DNA from: Sphagnum compactum
Lineage: Eukaryota
DNA: 64,000 bases
Assembly (NCBI GenBank): GCA_965153455.1
Contig: OZ234493.1
Location: 19,830,213 to 19,894,212 of the forward strand
Direction: 5' to 3'
Shown here: piece by piece, positions 55,405-64,000 of the stretch
Layout of the letters: the number at the start of each line of letters is the position of its first letter
Position numbering within the stretch: the stretch's first letter is position 1
Notes under the pieces: model-generated
Database searches by the model: none
Seen by the model: the letters and a program-made list of their open reading frames with translations, nothing else
Told to the model about the DNA's origin: nothing
Translations under genes and position numbers: made by a program

Positions 55405-58400
55405 ATCTTTGGGATGCGTTTCCATGACCCAACCAATGATGTTCTTATAAATGGTTTGGGACTTACACTCCATGTAAATGCAGAATACGAAACATGTAAA
55501 TGTAATGTAAAATCATGTAAATTTATTTTATGCCATGTAGAACAGTGTAAGTGTAAAAATTAATATATTTATATAGTTTACATGGTCCAATAAAACCATG
55601 TAAATGTAAATATATATTTATATTTATATGAAATTTTACATGGCTATATAAAACAAAATAAGTATATAACAATGTCAAAAATGTGATTTTTACTTGAGGA
55701 TAGGAGATTTCATAATGTTTTTGAAGATAAACCAACTAAATGGCACATCGCAAAAAAAAAAACCATCAAAATATACACCCACAATTAATCATATGACTTT
55801 GCAATAAGGTCTGGTCATTAAAGATATATGATAAAATTATCTATGAAGTAAGGAAACAAACACTAAAACCCTGAGTTTATCATAAATAGGGTGAGTTTCA
55901 AAAAAACTAAAAACATTAGCATTCAAGGGTGGGGGAACCTTAGTTTGGTGGTGAATTGAGTTTTAGGGTTGTCTTTCCTTTTTTTTTAACGCCTCCATTG
56001 TTATTGCATATATTTTCACTACTCTTTTTTTATAAAACTTTTATAATTGGTCTTGAACCTTGTGCATTAAATGTTGATTTTCAACATTTCATTCCCAAAT
56101 TTCATAAAGTTTCATTCTTTTATGGATAACCCTAAAAGAAGGGTTTGGGCTAAAATGATGCCCAAGGACAAGGTGATTTCACAAATATTCTAATATTTAC
56201 ACTTACACTTACATGCCCCAAAACATTTACATGGGGTCATGTAAGTGTACTTGACAAATATTTACACTAATTACAATATTAAAATAGATCATCAAAGACT
56301 TCCTGAATGAATTATAGACCTCCCCTTGGTTTTTAAAAAGTTCAAGCATAACTACATAATCAAAATAAAACACCAAAGACCCCCAAATGAACTACAACCT
56401 TCCCCTTGGTTTTTGAAGGATCAAATAATAAATATAAAATCAAAATAGAACATCATGAATAAGCTACAAACCTCTCAAATGGTTTTCAAAGCTCCATTCA
56501 TAGTTACATGTAATCACAATTGAATGTCAAAAAGGTTTCTAGTTCATAATTGCAGAGGGTTCAAACATACATTTTAGGTTGAAATCCATAGTTGTAGACT
56601 CAAATATATTAAAATAGCCAAACAAATTGAAATGGGCACAAAAATTATAAAAGTGAAATTGTTGTCATGTACATACTTTCACTCTTGATAGGCTTAGTTT
56701 TCAACAAATTTGTCAATTGTCTTCATCATTAGGCTTTAACAAGTGACATGTGTTGATATATAACTCAAGGCAATGCATTTCAAATCACAAACACTATTTT
56801 AAAAAACACATTGGGTTGTTTTGGGTTGAAATTATTTAGTGGTAATAAATCTAAATGTTCTATTTCACAATCTCAAGTGCATTCCATGCCATAGTATATA
56901 GTTTACAACATTATATCATGATTTGCTATTTCAACGAAAATGCCACAACATTAAAAGGTCCATAGGCAAGTGACTCAAAATATGTTCAATGATGATTGCA
57001 TTTGTGAGAGTAATCAACTTTGGTGTTCCAAGCTATGATGAGGTTTCAAAAGGTACTTGGTTAAGTTCTACAACTATTGGAAGTTCATGGTCAAATTGTT
57101 TGAAGGATTGTGCTAACCATGCATTGATTAGGGTTTGGAGGCTCTCACAAATCTTGTAACAAAACATGGAAAATGACCACAACAAGAGGAGAAATGCTTG
57201 CCATAGGCTAAGGTGATTCATTTTACAATTGTAAAAAACATCTTCATTTGCATTCCCTGTAAGCACCATGGCTTTGTATTTTAAATTATAAATGAAAAAT
57301 TTAAACCTCACCTAAAAAGCTTTTTGGTTTTTGGGTTTTAGCTTTGAATCCCACCTTTCACTTTGTGATCCAAGGGCTCCAAATGTATGTGGTTGCATAA
57401 CTTCCTTTCTACACAACAACACTCTCTTCCTCTTCTTTTTTTGATATTCTCTATGAGCCCACATGAAAACAAATACAAGAAAACACAAAAACAAAATCAA
57501 AGTGTTCGAATTTGCTTGTGTGAGTTTTTGTGAGAAGCACCAAAACTTGGGTGCAAAACTACTTTGAGATCAAGTTTAGCTGCAAAATTGTGTTTCTTGC
57601 CATGTTTGGGTGTTGTGTAAAACTTTGATGTTGAATTTGCAATTAGAACTTGTGTATGGAGCAAGCACAAGCTTTTGGTGTTATGTTTATTCAACTTTAT
57701 GGATAATTTTATTTGCACGTTTTGTGTTCATGTATAGTTGGGAATTATGCTTTAAATACAATGTTGTGACTTATCATAACCCTTATGCTTGTAATAATAA
57801 TTGTTTGCCTGTGAATTTTTTTGTGTGAACTCCTTCATACACCATTGATGAAGTTGGAATGCTCCCCTTTCATACTTAACATGCACCCCATGATTCCCAA
57901 AACTTCAGCCTTTACACTTGGGTTCATAATCTCAACAAGGGTTAGATAGGTCCCATACCATCAGTGCCAACTTTTCTAAGACCCATTGGTATGGAATTGT
58001 GGCGCCCACACCTTCACCCCACATGGTCGATGTGCAATGTTGGGAGGGGAGATGGTACCTTTAAGTATAGTACTCCAAGGCTTTTTCTTTGTATTTGAAA
58101 GCACCTCCCTAGATAGAAGATGTGTCATTTGAAGAGACATTAAGCATAAGAAGCCAAAAAAAAAAAAAACCATTCGTATTTTACACTACAAAAGGCCTTC
58201 TCATGCAGGCATCCACAAGAAAATGGTGACAATTGACAACAAATAATAAAAAGACAATTTGAAGGAAAAGTGATAGCCCAGTACAAATGGATATAACACT
58301 TTCTTTCTCAAGAGGTTCTCGGGCATCTAGTGAAACCCATTCATACAAAGATGATGATGCTGGTCACCCAGCTTGGAGTGGAGATATATGGATTGGAGAT

Positions 58401-59083
58401 ATATGTAAGTGTTGGGTGGAGCCCAGAGCCATGGGCTTCATGGAGCATAAGAACCTACTCTGATTTGTTTGGTGATACCTGGAGGGTATCCACAGGGTAT
58501 CATGGGAAAATAAAACAAAAACAAAAGTGGGTCATTCCGAATTTTTGAAATGCCCCCCACTCCCCCTCCCAAACAGAGGAGGGAAAACATGATGCCCAGG
58601 TTTAGGGTTTAGGGTTGCCCTCCAATTACACTACAAATAAAGGAGCAGGTCTTTGTGGTGGGGGGAAGAGGTTATTAAGTGACAGCAATTCTGAGAAGGC
58701 TTCAAGAGTTTGGGGGTGTGTGAATACCTAGTATAGTGAGGGATTCAAAGTGTGGGCATCATCTCCTTCTGGCTCCAAAAACTTTGGTATGTTTGGGTTG
58801 GGTGGCAGACAAGGTGTGGTGGGGTGGGGCCCTTTTCCTTCTCTCCCTCCCCGCACACAAACAACCAGAAGATCTCTTGTTCTGGGGGAGGAGGAGGAGG
58901 AAGGGGGGGGAAACAGGTAGTTAGGTGACAAATTTCCTCACCCAACTTCCTTGAGATTTGTGAGATTCCCTCAACAACTGAGCTCAGCCTCTGCCCCACA
59001 CATGACTGGGTTCTCCACTTGGGAGGCTGGCATCATCATAGAGTATCTATCTTTCACCTACCCTTTAATTTTCCTGAAGCTCT

Positions 59084-59418
59084 CAAGTTACTGGAACTGG
59101 ACAGCACTGGTTGGAACTTGGAACCTAACTTTCAAGTTACTCCAACTGGAAATCACTAGTAGTTGGGAACCTTGCAAGTTACTGGAACTGGACAATACTG
59201 GTTGGAACTTGGACCCTACCTTTCAAGTTACTCCAACTGGATAACACTAGTTGGGAGCCTTGCAAGTTACTGGAACTGGAGCAACACTGGTTGGAAGTTG
59301 GAACTTTCTTTTCCAGTTTACTGGAACTGGACAACATTAGTTGGAACCAACCTTTCCAGTTATAGGGACTGGACAGCACAGGTAGTTCCTGGAACTGGAC
59401 AACACTGGTTAGAACTGG
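59084..59418. repeat. Minisatellite of ~8 degenerate units (mostly 39-50 bp; GTTACTGGAACTGGACAACACTGGTTGG core)
   Basis: Unit starts at 59087, 59136, 59178, 59227, 59266, 59316, 59359 and 59385, with alternating long and short units. Confidence 0.85.
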
Positions 59419-59426
59419 GGGGCCAG

Positions 59427-59622
59427 GGTGAACCAGCACCCACATTGGTCCTTCACCTTTTTGAGTGAGGCCTTTTAGTGGCCACATTAATCTCAAAAAA
59501 TTGTTAGATTTGAACTGAGAGAATCTGATTTAGTATAAGCATGGGATTTTTGTAATATTTAGAAATAATTTAAATTGATCTTGGGATTTTGACCATGGTA
59601 CTAAAGTGGGTGCTGGTTCACC
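59427..59622. mobile_element. MITE of the same family as 47162-47689 (~196 bp)
   Basis: Perfect 17-bp TIR GGTGAACCAGCACCCAC / GTGGGTGCTGGTTCACC. It shares the internal TTGAGTGAGGCCTTTTAGTG with the 47 kb copy. Confidence 0.75.
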
Positions 59623-60809
59623 AAAGGTGGAACTAGGAAACTTTGAAATGGATGGCAGGCACAAGAGTGACACACCATTGCTATTTGGTGCTGCATGCAT
59701 CCATCCATCCTGGAAAATTCAATTACCCACTTTTGGGTAAAACTATGGGGAAGGGAATGAAGACAAAGATGAAGACAATAAAGTTATTCAATTTTTGATT
59801 CTCCAGTTGTCTTTCTTTGGCATACAAGTGGAAAAAACTTACACTAGCTAGATACTGCTATTCATATATTTGAAACTTATTGTTGAGGGATTCCAAAGGC
59901 AAGTACTAAATAGGAATGCGAGTGTTCACAACAAGATTTTGATGAGAGAGATAGAGAGAGAGAAACCAAGGGGTGTGTCACACCGTGGCCTTGCCATTTA
60001 CATGAAAAAGTAAGTATCTTCAGGCAAAAGAAGAAGTAATGAAAACTCAAATATTTCACCATGCAAAAATATAATCTTCAAAAAATCCTCTAAAGCAAAC
60101 CAAAATCCTTCAAGAGATTATAACTCTGTAACTAATCTCAAGTTTCAACACAAGCCAAATTATCATTTTTCAAAAATCCTCATATAAAAATAGACCTATT
60201 ATTAATTTACCTAGGGGCCAAAATCCATTGTGCTACTATACTCTAAAATGAATCTAAACACAATATCCTTGCCTCGGTAGTAGGCAAGGCCAACAAATTA
60301 ATTGTGCATCGTGTTTGAAGGAGAAGCATATTTAACCCAAAGCACAATGATCAAGAACATGTGTGTGAAGTAAGTGAAGTGAACCTTAAAAAAGGTATTT
60401 CAAACATGAACAGAAGAAGAAGATCGTGTACAATTCGTGTGTGCATGGAATGGGCAAACATAGTTTGGGCGATTGCTATTAAATGCATCGGCTGCATACC
60501 ATGAGTGTATGGAGCGAGAGAAGTGAACTTAACAAAATGTATTCGAACATAAATGCAATGAGTTAAGCAACTGAAGCACATCACAGGTTCACCCAAAAAA
60601 GGATTGTGAACTTGGCCAGCATCTCTAAGTGGTCACACTATGGACTTTGGCATCAATTTCTGGGCCTACACATCCTGAGCAAGGAACTCCCACAGGGAGT
60701 AAAAGAGATCTCAGATGATGATGAGGAAGGCTTAGGTCATAATACCCATTGGACAAATATCTGGACTGTTGAGTAAAACTATGCACTTTGTTTGTGCTTC
60801 GGGCTCTAA

Positions 60810-61148
60810 GCTTTCCCAGCCTATGGACTTTCGGTCTCATATTTTATCTGTTGGATGGATTGGGTGCAAGTGAGTGAGTGAGGGAAGTTTTTTTTCCTGT
60901 GTGGAAAGGAAAAAGAACTGGTAGATAAAAGGAATATCTTTTAGTCGGTTGTTGGGCTGACTGACGAAGGAAGAAAGGGGCAAGATGCCCAGGGGAGGGA
61001 AGGTTTATAAACACTAGCTTTCCAGGCTACGGACTTTCGGTCTGACATTTTACACGTTGGACGGATTGGGGGCGAATGAGGGGAGATATTCTTTTTCCAG
61101 TGTGGAAGTGGAAAAAAGAACTGGCAGATAAAAAGAATGTCTTTTGGT
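60810..61148. repeat. Diverged ~130 bp direct repeat (offset ~208 bp) upstream of the 62319 gene
   Basis: GGACTTTCGGTCT...GTTGGA.GGATTGGG...GTGTGGAA...AAAAAGAACTGG.AGATAAAA.GAAT.TCTTTT occurs at ~60825 and ~61030. Confidence 0.8.
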
Positions 61149-62318
61149 ATATTGTTGATCTGGGCTGCCCGCCCGGCGAGAGAACAAAGACGCGCGAGCG
61201 CGAGCGCAGATGGTTTTGTGAGGAAGAAGGGATTTGGTGATGTCTGCGCGCAGAGGAATGATCTTCCGGACCAATAGCAGCAGCAGCAGAGAGATTGGTA
61301 CACTGCGAGGTTGAAGTTCTTTTTGGTTTCGTAGCTTTGGAATCCGTTTTGGGTTGCGAAGGAAAAATAATTTCGGAGGTTTTGGTTTCTGGTTTTGAAG
61401 GGGGGAAAAAAAAACCTCAGGGTTTTGTGTTGCTTGGGTTGTGGAGGAAAGGCGGAAAACTGTGTGATTGAAGAAGAAGAAGAAGAAGAATGAGGTAGAG
61501 GTTGTTTTGTTGGTGTTTTTTTTTGTGTGTGTGGAGAGGTTAGGTTCGGGATCAAGCTTTTGTGAACACAAAGCTTGGAGGTACAGCTCTGGGCATTGGG
61601 TTGCAAGCGCTTGTTCAGAATACGACTTCTTGTTGTGTTGCAAAGGTGGAAGGAATTTTTTTCTTTGTTACTCAGGAAAATCACTTGCACGTTCGGGTGG
61701 GTTCTGATTAGGTTTCGAGGAAAAGGTTGGAAGGAAGTGGGGGTTACTCTCCGACCCATTCAGAAGAGTATCAACACTGGGGAAGCAAGCAGAGAGATGG
61801 GTCTTCTTCTTCTTTGCGTTAGGAGAGATGATGAGCTTCGATGCAGCTGCTGGCAATGACAAAGATCTCAGATGGAGTGGATGATGAGTTATGTCCAGTC
61901 CTGAACAACATTGGAGTAGCAACAAAAAGCTTACTTGTGAGTGTTTCGCATCCACAGGAAGCGCAAAATCCAGTTCCGAAATCTCTCAGTTTTGTGGGTT
62001 TCTACGAATGGGTATTGATCAAGGAGGAGGTGCAGTTGCAGAGTGGCTAGCAGTTTTGCTCCATGAAGAAGCTTGGAGAACTAGTAGTAGGGCGTGGATT
62101 TAGCCGGATTCACCAAGTTGGGTTGTGCTTTTAGGTTCTGTTGCAATTGCAGTTGTGGCATCAGAAGGAGGACAATAATTGTCGAGGTGGAGAACAGTGG
62201 GTTTTTGGAGATTGATGAAGTCGTTGTGGAGGAGGTGCTCACACCAGTCGCCTCTTCTGTGTGTTTAATAAGTGGAGGTGGCTCTGAGTTATGGTAAAAA
62301 AATAGGGTCAGCAGCGGA

Positions 62319-63154
62319 ATGCCAATGGACTTGACAAGAGATGAAGCTGGAGGAGCTGCTTCTGCTGCTGCTGCTGCTGATGCAGGAAGATCTGGAGCAG
62401 CATCTGCTGTAGCAGCAGCAGCAGGGGATGAAGTCTCCCAGCACCACAACAACAACAACAGAAAAGAAGAAGAAGCAGAAGACGAAGAAGAAAAAGGCAT
62501 GCCAGGTGCAAAGGCAAGCTGGTCATTTGTGAGCATACCTGCTGCATCATCAGTTCACCCTATTGAGGAGATTGATGATAATGATCTTCCTTCCTTTCAT
62601 ATCAACAGGCTACGCCGGCTTCCTTTTCGAGCAGCAGCAGCAGCAAATAAGAATGGCAACTTATCAAAGCCAAATGGTAAAGACCTTGGGGTTACAGAAC
62701 TGCAAAGAAGCTCAGGCAGTGCTGTTGAACAAGGAGTTGCAATCAATCATACAACAGCTCCAGAAGAATTAGGAGTTGATGAACAGCAGAGGTTGCAAGA
62801 AGTAGTAGAAACTCAGGGCACCACCACAGTCTTGGCAACAGGTTCGGAACTTTCAGATGGTAAATTGGAAGCAATCATGAGTGTACAACCACAAGAGCAG
62901 GAAACACATTTCGAGGAGGAACCTAATGATAATCTCAATCCAACAAGAGGTTCTGATGCATCTGCTCCAGGAAATTTACATGTTCTGTTGTTGTCAGAGG
63001 CAACAGATGAGAACTCACTGATAACACCGCTACAGACTGATGGCAATTGGCCACAGGCTGACATTCTGAATCAAGAGAATGTGCAGGCAAACCTTGAGAA
63101 GGATGGAGCAGTACGCCTAATGGAACCTGCCATCATCCAAGAAGACAATCTCAG
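62319..63154 (+). CDS. Probable first coding exon of an unidentified gene (low-complexity, acidic N-terminus); the gene continues beyond the window
   Basis: Long ORF with coding-like composition (poly-Ala, poly-Asn, Glu-rich) and a plausible donor CTCAG|GTCTGA at 63154/63155. It is preceded by a GC/GA-rich leader from about 61200. No recognisable domain. Confidence 0.65.
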
Positions 63155-63215
63155 GTCTGAATATCTGGTTTTAATAGTTACGCACAATGTACTATGGAAT
63201 GGTCAAGAAACTGCC

Positions 63216-63316
63216 CATTATGTTGGGTAAGGGACAAGTGAGTCTGTTAGGGTGAGCTAGGCACCACACTCAAGATTATGGGCTAAGGGCTTGCTGGTGC
63301 CTTACCCAACATAATG
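63216..63316. repeat. ~100 bp foldback hairpin in the putative intron of the 62319 gene
   Basis: Perfect 17-bp arms CATTATGTTGGGTAAGG / CCTTACCCAACATAATG, with imperfect pairing continuing ~18 bp inward. Confidence 0.75.
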
Positions 63317-63342
63317 TGCAATGACAAGACCATTTCATGGCA

Positions 63343-63501
63343 TTAAGGTCTGGGTTTGGCAGATTCAATGATTTTTTATAAATTCATTTTCAACATGCGA
63401 CAAATTTTGGTCACTATTATGAGTTTATCATCATCATTGGAAGATTAGGTCAGTATAATGTGGTCAAGAAAATGACATAATCTGCCACCCCAGACCCTTA
63501 A
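63343..63501. mobile_element. MITE-like inverted repeat adjacent to the 63216 hairpin
   Basis: TTAAGGTCTGGGTTTGGCAGATT vs AATCTGCCACCCCAGACCCTTAA, an imperfect ~23-30 bp TIR. Confidence 0.55.
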
Positions 63502-64000
63502 CGTTGCAGTAACCAGAGGTTGTTTAGTTCACAAGAATGCATGTGAAGAAGAATGAGATGTTGCAGCTCTCAATATGCTTATCAGTATAGCCTCTTGATT
63601 TCTTTCCTTGAGCCACTATGGAGGAATCGGTCAGCACTCTTAGTAGAAGCTTCTTGTATTTGATGGGCCTGCATTGCTCCAATGTACAAGGGAAGTGCTC
63701 CGCCAAGTAGAAGGTTTTAGGTGCTTGAGGTTGTTAGGGAATGAGGAAGTTGTAGATTTCTTATTTGATTGACTCAGTGTAACTATCTCCTGGAGATGAG
63801 GGAGTTGGGTGTTTGAAGAAGTGGGTTTAGATTGCCAGACTTGAAAGCTGTGGCCTAGCCAATTAAGTCTATGGCCATGTAGAGTACACTATCATCTTTT
63901 CATGTTGTTGATGAAAATTTGGAACTTGCGTGATTGTTTACAGGTTCCTTGAAAGAGCAGATGAAAGTGAAGGGGAATTGTCACTAGGGGAACTGCCCAT

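Noticed and set aside
59084..59418. Superficially CRISPR-like repeat array
   Set aside because: There are no unique spacers, the repeats are degenerate, no cas genes are present, and the context is eukaryotic.
60941..61759. Long minus-strand ORFs (272 and 197 aa) and other antisense ORFs over the GRAS, HSP90 and 62319 exons
   Set aside because: These are low-complexity shadows of purine-rich leaders or coding strands, with no recognisable domains.

Overview
This is eukaryotic land-plant nuclear DNA. The AT-rich intergenic space, GT-AG introns and repeat style suggest a bryophyte, possibly Sphagnum (inference). Four + strand genes can be reconstructed by hand: (1) a 12-exon cytosolic HSP90 ending in MEEVD (95-4765, 724 aa); (2) a 5-exon GRAS transcription factor of the LISCL/SCL14 type (38255-43056, 828 aa); (3) a 2-exon twin-CX9C mitoribosomal mS37/Mrp10-like gene (44394-44869) in which the third Cys is replaced by Val; (4) the first coding exon of an unidentified gene (from 62319) that runs off the window. 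The rest is mostly transposon debris: a decayed pogo/Tigger DDE transposase, a decayed ZNF862-like hAT transposase, LINE fragments, two Helitron-like copies, several MITE/foldback elements, a near-identical 5 x ~280 bp tandem array and a ~40-50 bp minisatellite. No CRISPR, rRNA or tRNA was recognised, and I found no clearly new multi-gene system. The best leads are an isolated pre-miRNA-like hairpin (24887-24959), the intron-rich GRAS and HSP90 genes, the Cys-to-Val change and upstream in-frame ATG of the mS37-like gene, and intronic foldbacks.
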